Origin: Eutreptiella sp. 'Long Island Sound 2002'
Lineage: Eukaryota > Protista > Euglenida
Assembly (NCBI GenBank): GCA_964036045.1
Contig: OZ038378.1
Coordinates: 196,044,001-196,108,000, forward strand
DNA: 64,000 nucleotides
Direction of reading: 5' to 3'
Notes under the pieces: model-generated
What the model was told of the DNA's origin: nothing
What the model saw: the letters and a program-made list of their open reading frames with translations, nothing else
Database searches by the model: none
Program-made: the position numbers and the translations under genes
In this document: positions 34,365 to 47,819 of the stretch, piece by piece
Layout: each line of letters starts with the position of its first letter
Numbering within the stretch: the stretch's first letter is position 1

Positions 34365-35260
34365 ATGGCGTTGGCCAGTCAGCAGACGTTAGTTGGTGAT
34401 ACCATTTCTATGCTTTTTCGGGTTGGGATAAGTCGTGGGGTCAATCTGCATCATTGAAGTGCATTCTTCCAGCTGCAGCCCTTTCGGACACCGCTGTTGC
34501 ACGTGTTCCTCAACATCTGCGCAGGTGGCGAAGGGTCCCGTTCCAGAGGAATCAGCTGCATGCAGCGCACGTGTCGGGAGGACCCGACTGCATGTGAGCC
34601 ATTCCTAATGTCGTGGATGCAAGTGGCAGTTCTGATCAGAACTGTAGATTCATGTCTGCCACGTTACGACCACATGCCGCGGTCTTTCAAATCAGCCCCG
34701 CATCATCGGCGCCTTGTCTTGCACGAGGTACAATGCGTGGTCCGGTGGGCCTTTGCTCCAGGCGGTTCCCACTCAAACCACGTGTTGGCACTGCCCATGG
34801 TACAATGAACACTGATTAGGACTACTCTCCAGCGCGTGATAACGCGGCCTGCCCCATGCAGGCAACGGCCTCAACCCTGCCCCCCCCCCCCCCCCATAAC
34901 GCTACATCAGTTTTTCACAGGGTTGATTTGGTCATGACTGGGCGGGCAGTGCCCTCTGGGACCTGATGGTCTTTTTCTGTACTTAGCAGTTGATTTGATC
35001 TGTGTGTTATTGTGCCGTGCCAATCCATTGAACTCTGAGAATATTGGCTGGTAGTGTCTGGGCAGGGGCATCTAGTATCTTGCTACCGACCACATTGTGC
35101 AATGGTACTGATTCTGGGAGGAAAGCCCGTCAGCCACCAGACCTATCGAATCGAACGCGTTCTGTGGTCGCTCTGCATCGCAGCAACAGCTCACGCATGT
35201 CCTATTTCAAGTGTCGTCATGTGCTCGGCAATGCACGTTGTTGGCACGTCTGCTTCAGGG
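34365..35260 (+). CDS. Possible 5' exons of the FCP1-domain gene (unresolved)
   Basis: ATG 34365 follows an acceptor-like TTTCTAG. Open stretches flanked by splice-like signals (LQPFRTPLLHVFLNIC...LVLHE|GT; AG|GHLVSCYRPHCAMVLIL). The phase join to 37271 was not resolved. Confidence 0.3.
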
Positions 35261-35559
35261 GACAGGGGATGGGGCTAATTTCCCATGACAGTCGGTTCCT
35301 CTGCCGGACGTCCCCCCTCCCCCCGTTGCTTTGTAATAGTTGGGCTTATGCAACGGGGACCGGAGGAGGAGGAGGAGGAGAAGGAGGAGAAGGAGGAGGA
35401 GGCCCAGCCCTTGCTGGCCACTCGGTCTGAGCCGCGGGGAAGACGCCAGCTCAGACTGGAACCCGTGCGCTCCGCCTCAGCTTCAGGTCAAGGGTCTAAA
35501 ATGTGTCACCCCAGGGTCATAGGGCCGCTCGACATCCCCTCCTCCAGTATTACGGTTTT

Positions 35560-36700
35560 GTTTGGATTGGCAGGAGTACTTGGGACACAGGGCGGGGTGG
35601 GTTGCCGTCTTTTCTGCGAAGGTCACCAACAAGACTGCGATGGGAGACCCGGTTCCCCTGCATGGCGTGGCCATCGCAGGTGACCAATGTGGTGTTGGGT
35701 GTAAAGCAGCCGCCGCACTGGAGCGCAGGAACGTGCCAAGAAAACCCGTGATTCGATTTCGTTGACAGTCTTTTGGGCTGGTGCACAGTAAAGACGGTAG
35801 TGTAGTAGAGCCGAGTTGACTGGTGGTTTCTGCCCCCCTACTCTCGCTTGGCATTACACAGGTCCTGCTGGTCTGGGGAGGGTTCAGAGCACAGTGGGTG
35901 CTGAGATGCACTAAGACGTGTCGCGGGGAGGCGTGTTCGACGGAGATTTTTATAGCCAAGTGGCTGTCGGCCGGTAGGTGTTGGCAACGGCAGGCCAAGA
36001 TATCAGTGTTGCGCCGGGATCTGTGGTATTTTGTGTCGGTGTTGGAGAGCTGGTTTCAGCCTGGCTGTTCGATAGAGCTTAAGCTACCGCGGCCGGTTAT
36101 TACACCGCCCTCTAAGCAGCATCAGCGAGCGCACAAGAAACACCGATAGAGAAGATTTTTGAAGAGGTGTTTATGCGTAAACAAAAGGGTGGCCGGGACG
36201 TTGTTTTCAAAGATGGGTCGTCAAAAATTGCGTATCAACAATTGACAGGTGGATACGGGGTATGATACAGTGAGGGTGATGAGCGCAACAGGTCGTTTGT
36301 ATTGGCCAGGGATGAGGACCAGACAAATATCAAGGGGGAATTGCGAACAGCCTTCTATGCCGTTTCACGGCAGCCAGCAGGGAAACCGCTCCATATGGTT
36401 GTGGATTCGGAATAGGTGTACGTACTAGTAACGGAGTGGGGTTTGGCAGCGCCACCATTGGCGCACAGCTACTAGGGACTTGGCACAAGGGATTTATGGG
36501 AGCCCTGTCTGGATCTGCTACAGACACGGAGGGACCTGTTTTCAATACAGTGGGTGCCCTTGCATATAGACATCATGGGGAACGAGAAGGCAGACCAGTT
36601 GGCAGAGGAAGGGGGGGTGAGGCATTGGGCTTACTGCCGTGTGTGGGTAAGGGACGTGCAACGATCACAGTCCTGGGAGTGGCAGGCACTAGGCCTGGAG
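35560..36700 (+). mobile_element. Decayed family B-like LINE 3' part with RNase H
   Basis: LLVWGGFRAQWVLRC resembles LLAW*AIKVNWDLRC. GGYGV, VVDSE and WVPLHIDIMGNEKADQLAEEG are RNase H motifs. Confidence 0.75.
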
Positions 36701-37270
36701 GAGTCACACTCAGAAGTGAGCAACAGTGTAGAGACTAACGAAGGGCAATTCTCAGAAGGGCGACGCATTTGTCGCAGCCGCACAGACTGCAGATGCCATG
36801 GGCTCTCGTCAGACTGTGTGAGTGAGCAAGGGTCGGCCGTCAGTGTAGAGTCGTGGGAGACAGACAACAGATATGAACCTGCCCAACCTAACTAAGTCAC
36901 GTAGGATTGACCATGAGCGGAGAGCATGGTGCATGGCAGTGCCCACGGTGTATTGTAGACATGGTGCAGGGTGGAGTCCTCCATCATGAACCGTCAAACA
37001 GAATCCACGCACTGAGATTTGGTTTAATGATTCGCGGCCCCGGTTGCCCTACGGGGTGCACCAATGGTGCTCCCTTCCGGCTTTCTTTTTTCTGGTTCTC
37101 CCTTTTTAGCCGTGGCTAGAAAGGGGGGGGGGGGGGTCATCCTTCACTTCAGAAAGTCCAGCCGCGGCTAGCCGCGGTTAGGATTACTCCAATGGTCCAT
37201 GAGCTCACTGAGGTGAGCACATGATATGTTTTGCTGCTGTTAAGCGTGCTCTTGTAAGTGGCCTTTGTAG

Positions 37271-40200
37271 ATGAATGCATGCTTTCCTTCATGACCACCA
37301 CAATATCCTCAGAGCCCTGTGCAATGGCACAATTATTTGGGCATCTTCTAGGAGCATCTCCAGATTGTCTGGCTGGAGCCGCCGTTGATAAGTTGCTAAA
37401 GATTCCTCAACCATCCGAAGGTGCTCAGTTCCAAGATTTCATCAAAATTTTGCGCATGGTGTCTGTGGCCCAGTCTTACACAAGTGCTCTAAGTGACCTT
37501 GGGCTTAAGCAGCTCTTCAATTGGACCTTTGAGTTTGTTACAGGCCGAATACTACAAAATCTTGGGATATGCCCCTTTGTGTGGGCAGAGTGCGTACGCA
37601 CCATCGGGCACATTCATCAAGAAAGCGCAGCACGTGGCAAGTCTTGCTTGTCTAATAATAGAATCTTGCGCATCATCGCTATGATTCCCGAGCCTGATCC
37701 GATCACCAGGTAATTTATGTTGTGTCTGAGCGATTCGTCCCCAGAATGTGTTGCAATCTTGCATTCAATCTTTTGGCTACCTTTCTCACTTGTCTCCCAC
37801 AAATATTGGTAAATGGCCTCCTTGCTGTGAATTGTTTGGTACTGGTTGAGTGCCTTCGCTATTCACAGTGTGCATGATGTCTCCACCTTTTGCCCTATGC
37901 GCATTTATCTGTTGCGGACACATTGAACCCTGTCTTTCCCCTTTGCACCATTTGCCGCCCTCGTTATGTGTAAGCCTTGCAACCATTGGATCATTTTGCA
38001 ATCCAAGGGAGCAACAATATAGAGAGAGGTTGTAACATTTCATTTTATGACACAGTTTTCAAAAGAGCACTTCTGCGAACTTAGCCCTTTTTGTATTGAC
38101 AACACCTGACTGCCCTATTCACCTTTTGACAGCACAATTGACCAGCCAGGCAGCCACCCACCCCGCCAACCACCAAGCTGTGGCTAGGGTCAGCTAGCAG
38201 CAACCATATTTGGCTAACGATACATATGCCGAGAAAAAATAGGGTGTTGAAAACACGTTGTGAAAGTTGTGTTCCTTTGCTATTGCATGCTACACAACAC
38301 CATTGGATTGAGATTGATGTTTTTTGAAATTCAGGGTTTTTTTGTGGCAATTTTTCGCTATGTTGGGTCCCGCCCGCAAATTTGCCTGCGCTCTCGGGCC
38401 GTTGCCTCACATCTATCAAATCATCACATCTAGCAAACCGGGGTAAGAATATCGAGGTTTGGCTAGTAACACGTCAAGGTGCCCATTGTTTTGTTGTGTT
38501 TGTACGTTGCAAAGATTGCTCGCAAGTTTGACAGCACTGTGGCACTTTGTCTCTTAGGTCCTACCGCGGTCAAGGATTCTCTGAAAGATACCCTACTCAT
38601 TTGGCGGCCCTACATTACATCTTGTCAGAGTTCTTCGGGAGTCCAACAGATCCTACCGCAAAGGAGCGCGTGCTCTCGTTTTTGAAGGAGTACCAACAGA
38701 CGGAGCACTATGTCGCCAAATATGCAATTTCTGCAGTGATACTAGCCGGAGTCCTAAGGGATTTTAACTTCGTAGATGACTTTCGGCCCAAAGACTGCAC
38801 GGCACAACGGCTATTTAACAAACCACACCCACCGGCACCCAGGCCAACGCGACCACCGGCAGAAGGTACTGCGTTCCCCACATACTATTTGCTGCTATCC
38901 TATGCTGCGCACAATATGCCATAAGTTTTTTGGTTGTGAGACTTGCTGTGGTGCATGTTGTGTTGCACGGTGTTCTGCGGCCCGGCAGGACAACACCCGA
39001 AGACATGAGTGCTGCGATACACAGGTTGCATTTGAAGACTCGTGTGTTGAAGCAATTGTATGACACTATTTCCACACGTGCTAGGGCGGCACAATTTTGT
39101 AGCGAAGGGACCCTGGTTGTCTTGTGTTAAAGCGAAATATCCGCAAGGGTTGAAAAAAAAGTCAAGCTCAAATATCGCATACTTTATTGCATGACTGTTT
39201 TCTAGTGCCTGAGCTGCTAGTCATGCTCGAGGGTGGAAGGAGGGGGGGGGACGGTGTTTCACCACACGGGGGTGTAGCACAAGAATTGCAAAGGTAAAGG
39301 GCTGGTCAGTGAGGTCATTATTGGGAAGCCAACAACTGGGCTAGTTGTAGCGGTTGGCACCTGCAGAAGGAAGGAATGACACAATGCTACTTAGATATCA
39401 CATTATGGCCTGGTAGGCCGGCATACCACATCGAGGAGCGTAGCGGTGTAGAGAAGTTGAAGCCCCGACACAGTTGGAGGGTATGCCCCCCCGTCAAGCA
39501 AGGGCCTCTCAATCATGCCTCTTAGGCCTTGTGAAAAAGCAGAATTGTATGGCTCCCGGAACTCAAGACGACTTCAATATTGTATCTTTTATGTGATTTC
39601 AAGCCGTCGTATATGTTCATTGCCCCTAGGCTGAGGTCACTTGATGTTTCTCCCATTGTCCAGTGACAATTACTGTGCACGTACCAATGCTACTGGAATG
39701 ATTTGATGAGGCTATGTTTCGGGCTGCTATAGCATCAATGGCAAAGCTGGAGCCCGAGAGCGTTACCATTGCATCGGTTACCGAAATCAGGTATGTTTTG
39801 TGTTTTGTCTTCTTGTTGGCCCATTCTTTGCCAATAACTGTTGATTAAACAGTACTTATTCAAGGGTTCAAAATCCTTTGGCGGTGATCACGGGAAACGG
39901 ATTCTCGGTTACATTTGTCCTTATATACTTGATTTTTGTGTTTTCGAGGTGGCGGCTGGTGTGATGTGGTGACTTTTCTTCATGAGCGTTGCCTTTCCCG
40001 ACTCTACTTGGCAGTGCTCTAGCACAAAGTAGGTTTCATTGAAGTTTCGTCTTGCCTTGTGTTGTGCAATGCGGTTTGCACTTGCCCTCCATTGCACACA
40101 CCATCCCGTTGTTTTAATGGCACCTAGGCATCACACACTCCAAGTGCCTATTGCGGTTTTGTGATCTCGTTGTATACCGTTTGTCGCTACGTGTTGTAGA

Positions 40201-43200
40201 CCGCAAAAAGTGCAAATGGTGCGGAGGAGTCAATCACGTGCTGAAACACAACTCCAAGTTGTTGCTGAGCTCCAAGGCACTGTTCTTCCAAAAGATTTGA
40301 CTGATAGCGCCCTGAACGATGAGTTACTGGGATATGGCGTTTGGCTACGGGAAGGTGAAAAAGGGTCCATCGCCAACATGCAGCGTATGTTGTTCGACAC
40401 AACCTATTCGTTCATGAAATTGCCCCGTGGCATTTGTCTTCCTTTTATAGCTAACATGACGGCCTACATCCCCCAAGTGAATCCTTTGATATCACCCACT
40501 CTGCTCCAATCCCCGGCATTGTGGGTGAACCCGCCCCAATGGGCCCATGTTCTCGGTGTCTCAGCCCAAACTTCCCACATTCGGGACGATTCCGCCCCAA
40601 ATGCCTCCCGTACAAATCACATTAAGTCACATGACTACGTGTTGTAGCCTACTACATGCTAGCCCATTTGATATGTTGCACACTGTGGGGAAGGCTGGCA
40701 TTTCTTTGCACTTTTTTTGCAGGTCAGCTGAAGGTCAAGCTGCCCGGCCGACCTTCTCCACCAGCACCCTCTGCATCCGCTCTGTCATTTGGTTGGGCAA
40801 GTCCTCTCTCCCCCTATGCTCCCCGCAAGGCTCGCCGGCTATCGGCACGATTGTCTGGGCTGACGCAAGTTCATGGATACATCAACTCTGTTGACCTCAT
40901 GATTGAGGTGATGAAGGAACACCAAGATGACATGCAGTTGCAAGTTGCCAGACTTAAAGACAGTATCACGAATTTCGAGAACTTGATGCAGCTTTCGCCT
41001 CCGGGGCCATATCAAACATGGTTGTCTGGAATCTTTTCTCATATGGCCAATATCTTGCACCAACAAGTCGAGCTCGCTGGTCTCCAAGCACATTTCAATG
41101 ATGCTACAATTGAGGTTCTTGATGCCCTCGGACGCAGCCAAACATTAACTCTGCAAGCCTTCGTGAATGAACAAATTGCGGGTGCTGAAAGGCATTCTGC
41201 CCTTGCTGATCAACACCATTCGGTGTTGCCGAGCGAACTGCTGCAATCCCTGTTCAAGATAGCTGAAAAGCCTGAGGGTTACATTTTTGCAAATCAAGTG
41301 CTCCAACGAGCAACACTCTTGGGTGAATGCGATGAATTATCGCAACAACTCTACTTAGGAGATAAAGCCGCGAAGGTCGATATTCATCAACACCATTTGC
41401 ACGTGCATACCCTGATGAAGGTGACCCTGCCCGACGCCGCAGTTACGTTCGTGGAACAATGGAAGGAGCATTTGGAAGGGCCATGGAATCGCCTTGTGGT
41501 TGTCTTTGACTTGGACCAAACGATCATCCATCATAACGAAGTATCTTGTGGCGATAGGGATACGGATGATGTCTTTTACATCACCGTTCAGGTGTTTTGT
41601 TTTCCACCTTCACAAACCTGCTGCTCCGGGTTGGGGACGAGAACAAAACCTTGGAACAAGGAGGGACGCCCCAGCCCCTAGGGGACCGGTGGTGAGGGAC
41701 GCCCCCCCCCCCCCTTCCCTTTCCAAGTTGTGTTTAAAGTTGAATTTGGTGGGTGGTCACAATTGTGTGATTGGAATATGATGATTGATGAGGAGGTCAT
41801 CGAACATAGTTCACTGTTGCGCTTTGTAGTCCTGTAGTTGTCCAACAGCTGTTACAAGGATGTGAGGTGTGTATCTGGTGGTGCAACCCAGGTTGCATAC
41901 CACAGAGCTTCAATGTATTAACAACAACAGTGCGAAAGCCCTTGGAATTTAATGGGGGCCATGCTGAATGATGGAGCATTGAGGAGTTCATAGCAACCAT
42001 GTGGAATTTGTTGGGCACTCTTTGTGGGCAGCTTGGCAAGGCGGAGGGTCAACCCACGACCGGCAAATCATTCAGCAAGCCCAGACTGTGACGAGATTAT
42101 GTGTGTTATCAGTATAAGTCTTGTTTGTATCCCACAGAGCAAGGTCTTTAAACGCACAATCCGCCCTTATTGGGGTCAGTTGCGTGATTGGTTGCACGAC
42201 GAGCAACAGAAAGGACGAATCCGTGTGATGGTGTACACCGCTTCTGACCGAGGTTGGAATCCGCAGGACGTCATCAAGCGCTTGTTTAAGGATATCAATC
42301 CCATGGTTCTGTACCGTGAAGCTATGAAACCCGTAAGCTTCAATGCCAAAGGGCATCCTTCATACAAGAAAAACTTGGATGCCTTTCGACCATCCCGTGT
42401 GGTGCTCGTGGACGACAAACCCAACAATTGTGAGCCATCCACGAACCAGCTGACATGTAAGCCATGGACTGGAGGTGTGTGTGTGTGTGTATGTGTTTGT
42501 CATGTTTGCATTGCTCTGCCGTGTGTGTGTTTGAGAGCCTGTCTCCTGTTTTGTCTGGTTGCCATAATTTTTCACTCCTCTAATGAGGGCGCTTGGGGCC
42601 TGTGGCGCACTAATTTGTGGAGACGAGGTGCGAGTGCCAAAACAACGTTCATGGTCCTAAATCTCCCTGTTTGACTTGTGTTGCCTGACCCCATGAATTT
42701 GGTAACAGCATGTGAGCAGTGTTGCATCCCACGGCTCAAACATTCCCCTCTCGCAGGCAACAATGTAATGAACACGGGGTGGCACGAGTGACCAAAACCA
42801 TGGGTACTTCTGGCCCCTCGACACATTACGTTGTGCACGAAATTAGCATAAGACGCAGAGTGCGTACCAACATGAGGTCCAAGGATTCAGGACATCACAC
42901 CAGCACCATTGGACAATCGTTGGTACACATTCCCTCCTATGCTACTTGCAGAAAGATGCCTTGCCTCAGACACGTCTTGTTCTGATTGGCCTGACGAGGT
43001 GTTCGGTGACTTGTGCCCTGTGGCCTTTGCATTGTTGTGCTTTCTATCGTCCACACTGGGTTATTGGTCATTGCTTCATTGTTTCCCACACAAGCGCAAG
43101 CGCGTATGTGTGTGAACCCTCTGGTGTTGCAGTCATCTTGTCTTGTAATGTGTATGTGTACATCCTTGCCTTCTTGTGTGTGTGTGTGTGTGTGTAGAAG

Positions 43201-45483
43201 AGCCTGACGACGTCTGCGTAAATATTTTGAATTTTTTGACGGAAGCAGTTGCATCGTTGGACCGCAATAAGGAGTTGTTTGATATTCGCCGCCATCTTCG
43301 TGAACTACATGGTGCAAACTGGACAGCATCAACAAATGATCATGAATTGAGCTTTGCCTCATCTGGTGTGTGGTTGCCCTTGTTGTCACCTGGGGTTCTG
43401 CTTGTTGTTCGGTTTGTACCCTGGCATAAGGTGTCTGGTCTCCCACCACCATGCTGAGAAGGGGTACGGGGATGTTTATTGTGTTGGGGTAAAGTTCTGA
43501 AAGCAGAAACGCCTCTGCATTGTTTTTCACCTCGTGTTGGTTGGAATGTTTGGATCATGATCAATTTGCTAACGGGGGTTGCCTAAATCCACCCACATGG
43601 GTGCCTACATGCACCTGCAGTTCCTCAACAGCACAGACAACCACCTTTAGTCACAGACCACACCACATGACACTTCATCACACCAGACCACCAGACTGCC
43701 ACACACCCCACGAGCACAGCACCATACAATAGCAAATCAATTCACAACACAACACAACACAAAACACCACACCACAGTCCATCACACCGCACCATGCCAC
43801 CGCCCCACACTGCCCACACACCACACCACATCACGCAACACGACACACAACACTCCATGATACCACATGCTTTCAGCAGTGACATGCCAACACACCTTCA
43901 GCAGACACTTATTGCATGCACTTTTTGAGGAGGCGAGTGTGTAGTGGCACAAGTCAACCTCTCCATGTGAAGACTGCCATGCTGTTCATGCATCATGACA
44001 AGTGGGCCAGACACAGCAGAAACGTTACAAGCATTGTTACACAAAAAGAGGACCTTTGAGTTTGCGGGTCCCATGACACAGTGCTCTGTGCGTCGAAATT
44101 GCTTCACGTCCAGTATGTTGGTATCCCAGGATTGATTGTTCGCTCGTGCCGTTTGAGTGTTTGATGCGATGCTTTTGGTTACTGCCTCTCTGTTGCCATT
44201 TCAGCTGAATCGGCTGAATCGTTGCTTCCGCCAACGGACGAGATGGCCTCCCTCGACGTCCAGAGTACTGGCACTGCTGTTGTTTGCATGGCGATGGCCA
44301 CTGAGAAGGATATCTGTGTTGTTGGTTCAGAAGATGGCACCGTAGCATTACAGTCAATGGATTTCGAGAAGGGAGAGTTGACTGTGACCACTATGGGTAT
44401 CTTATGCCCTTGTAGGAAACCATCAGTGCCAAATTTTGAAAAGCACCTCTTTTGCATAGGTGTGCAGTTTTTGGCAGCAACTTTTTTTTCTTCTCTGGCA
44501 GTCAGCCCTCTGCACATTGCATGGCTCAAACTAATCGCATGCTGCCTCCTCTTTTCCGAACGAGTACTGCTGTTGTCTTAAGCAAGTGCAAGTTCAGATA
44601 CCCTCAGGATTGGCCAGCTATTTTTTCATGTAGCCCCGTAGGCGGTTCCCCTGAATTGAAAAATGGATGTTTGCATGGGTGCGACGTTAGATGAGGGTCC
44701 ACCTATGGCAGCCCTGCTGCCCCAATGATATGCTGGATCGCTGCAACTTCGTATAAACAATCAATCAAACATATGTGATGTGATCTGGACTCGGGCTGGG
44801 CTTATGCGGTGCTCTGGTGGATGTCAATTTTCTTTCGAAAGGTGCCTAGGGCCGCATTTGAACATGTCTTTGTTTTGACGCCGCACCTAACGAGGATTTT
44901 GACACTTGGAAAACACCTTGTGTGCCCGTTTGTGTTGCAATCGTGTGTGTGTTTGTGTTTGTGATCTATGCATTTGTATTTGTGTGTGTGTCTATGTATG
45001 ATGGTATGATGCATAGATATAAGACACACACACATGATAAAGGCGACAAACAAACCCCCGTCGATAAGTCATTGTCCAGGTGAAAACCCCGTAGTAGGCA
45101 GGAGTGACCACGCCCTTCCCACTCAGTGGACTTTCTTACACCAAACAGCACGTAGCGCTGTCCTGCATGTCGCTGCTCAGGCACCCCGCTGTTTCCAATA
45201 TTGGGTACATGGAATATGAGAGCATCATAGTGGGTTGGAGGCAGGTTAGGCTTCATGGATATGGAGGGTACTGGTCAGGGCGTCCTGAGTGGACTTGGTA
45301 TCCTCTGGCATGTGTCAAAAGCAGTTACAGGAGCAGTACGTGACACGTGTCAGGCGCCTTTCTGTGGTACAGGCAAAGGGGCAGAGGCACGCATCCCGGT
45401 GCAACGCCCGCTACTCGAGTTCGAGGGCAGCCTCTGGCAGCCCAGCTTGACCAGAGGTCTGTACACGACACACAGAAGCCTGG

Positions 45484-45553
<70 letters not shown>

Positions 45554-45934
45554 CTGCATCAAGAGATGCTGGATCACGCAGAGAGCCACCCCAGGGGCCG
45601 TGGCGGGGCAATTGGCAATAGGCATACACACATGCATACCAATGTAGACGCACTTGCGCATACAAACATAAACATGCACATGTAATACACACACACACAC
45701 ACATACACACACACACTATGCCTCTCCAAGGTACGGTGAGCGCACGGTCTCCACCCATAGCCGGACACCACTGGAGGGTTTGTTGCTCAATTTGCACGTT
45801 TCAACTGCATACTTATATGTATCATCCATGTACATTTGGGCAAAAGCTAAACTACCACAAAGGAAGCCTGTCTTGTTGTACCCATTTTCACCCTGCTTGC
45901 TGCTTGCTGTTACTTGCTGGTGCTTGCTATAAGG
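37271..45934 (+). CDS. Large multidomain protein: helical N-terminal part, SEA/ferredoxin-like segment, FCP1/SCP/NIF HAD phosphatase domain, WD40-like C-terminal part; one in-frame TGA
   Basis: Phase-consistent GT-AG exons 37271-37709, 38558-38865, 39664-39790 (TGA 39699-39701), 40200-40426, 40723-41591, 42138-42474, 43198-43365, 44205-44396; tentative 45080-45204 and 45847-45934. HAD motifs VVFDLDQT, IRPY, VYTAS, KNLD, VLVDDKP. Both ends are open. Confidence 0.75.
41830..41965 (-). pseudogene. Possible tyrosine-recombinase remnant (DIRS/Crypton-like) inside an intron
   Basis: PLNSKGFRTVVVNTLKLCGMQP then, after a frameshift, RYTPHIL; resembles the YR box preceding HSxR. Confidence 0.3.
45485..45552. 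repeat. (CA)n microsatellite
   Basis: Directly visible; other CA/TG tracts lie at ~15950, ~42476 and ~43176. Confidence 0.95.
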
Positions 45935-47819
45935 GTTACCTCCGCCCTACAGCCTAAAAGGTGCAAGAGAACCTAGTGACCCTAACCTTGAGGCGAGCAT
46001 TACCCCAATGGTAGTAGTTCGGGTCAACACAAGGGGTCAAAAACAGGCATTGGGTACCTCCACCTCCTCTGCAGTGGCTCTCTCTATGGGGACGCACAGA
46101 AGTATCGTGTACTCGTGCTGCCGCCACTGGAAAACTTATTATACCCAATATTGAGTTAGGGGGTGATGGAATGGAATCGTCTACACTGTTCTGTCTGAAC
46201 ATCCAGGGCACGCTTTGGGGCAGGGGGTCTGAGACCCAGCGGTTTGTGTCCCACAGATAGCCCCGAACTGTTTTCTATCAGCGCACGGCAGCCGAAACCG
46301 AGTAGTGCCTGCCGACTTGTGCTAGGGTTCAGGCGGAGGACCCACCTGTGCTTGATTATGTCGTGATGGTGCGCACTGTGCAGTCGCTGCAGGGCCGCCT
46401 GGCAGGGCTGTCTTTCACCCCTGCACTGGCCCTTCAATCTATGATGGCCTTTGTGGTCTCGAAAGGGCGTCCTTGTGGCACCTGCTCAGCAGGCGCCGTT
46501 TACCATACAGTTCCGGTGCTGTGCAGATGGGTCACGTCTAGCCCTGCAAGGAACTACAGGCTCTAGTGGGTACTCGTGCATGGGCCAAGGCCGGTGTTCC
46601 GGGTACGGCGTCGTTGAGGAGGGCAAAGCCCCCCAGTGGCGCTGCTGCTGCCATTGAGCACCTAGGCCAGGTCATTACTGCCGGCGATGCACAGGGTTGT
46701 GTGCCCTCCAGGGTGGGTGTCGGGCTCCCACTGGAGAGGCAGTTGGAGGGCGCATGCACTCGCCACTTGCCAAGCCAGCATGCCACACACCAGGTGCGGA
46801 ATAGCCACGCTCAGTGTTCATTTGGCAGTCAGGGCGCTGGATTTGGACATTAAACAGTTGGGGTGGCGGGACTGGGGGCGGGCTAATAGTATAGGGTCAT
46901 GAGGCTCAGAGGGCCAGCACCGCCACGGGGCCTGGGACGGGTCAGCCAAGGCGCCCACCATGTGCTACACCATTTTCTTACGGGCTGTCGGAGGAGGCAG
47001 GCAGAGCCACTACCCTCTCCAGCATACACAAGGTGTGACAGTGTCAGTATTGGCATGGTGGCAGAGGCCATCCCAGGTGCAGCAGTGCAGCTGGCACCCT
47101 GCAGGGGACCAAATCCGGCGATTCAACTCCTCGTGCACACCCGATTCCCGCAGCCTGTGTCGGAAGAACAGGGCCTCGGCTGAAGAAGGCGGGTGTAGGC
47201 AGTTGGACAGCGTCCACGAACGTGGCGGTGCAGATCGCACCACACTATGCCACAGAAGTGGCACTCCTGGGGCAGTTGACATTGTGGCGGAGACTGCCAC
47301 TCAAGGACACGGTAGGCGGAGGCCGGCTTGGCGGTGAGCGTCGGGATCGCAGCGGTCTCCACGTTGGCCATGAAGTCGGCCGCTGTAGGCCGCGGGAGGT
47401 CACGGCGGGGGCCAGCGAAGTATGTGTTGGTGACGACCATGTCGTACACTGCATACAATCCCACGTGGGGGTCCGGAGGGCAAGGACTGGGGTAATGGAG
47501 GTGGACCACTTGTGGCCAAGGACGCAGGTGGTGTTGTGGGCAAGCTCGGCAAAGGCCAGGGCTGCTGACAAGTCGGCGGAGAGGGGGATGCCGACCACGC
47601 GCAGATAGGTCAGGGATGTGGGTACATTTTGAATGTCGGCCAATACTCAGACCCTACTTTTCGCCCCTTTTGACAAGTTTTCGGTTCCATACTGGGGTTT
47701 TTTCAGCTTCCTATGCATTTGGGATGTGGCACATTTGAATTGTCACCCTTTGTTGCCCAATGTCAACCATTTTTACCCATTTTCCATCCCCCATATTGAA
47801 CTCTCCCCACTATGGGGAC

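Noticed and set aside
20716-39701. General UGA-to-Trp code reassignment, suggested by in-frame TGAs at 20716, 22907 and 39699
   Set aside because: Long ORFs use TGG many times with no other TGA, TGA is the true stop after the CaaX box, and two of the three cases are in transposon copies where decay is expected.
40427-40435. Non-canonical GC donor at 40430
   Set aside because: A GT donor three bases upstream (40427) gives the same phase.
46168-46700. AP-endonuclease-like start (LFCLNIQG ... VITAGD) of another LINE
   Set aside because: The motifs are incomplete, no RT follows, and the segment is equally compatible with WD40-like host exons.
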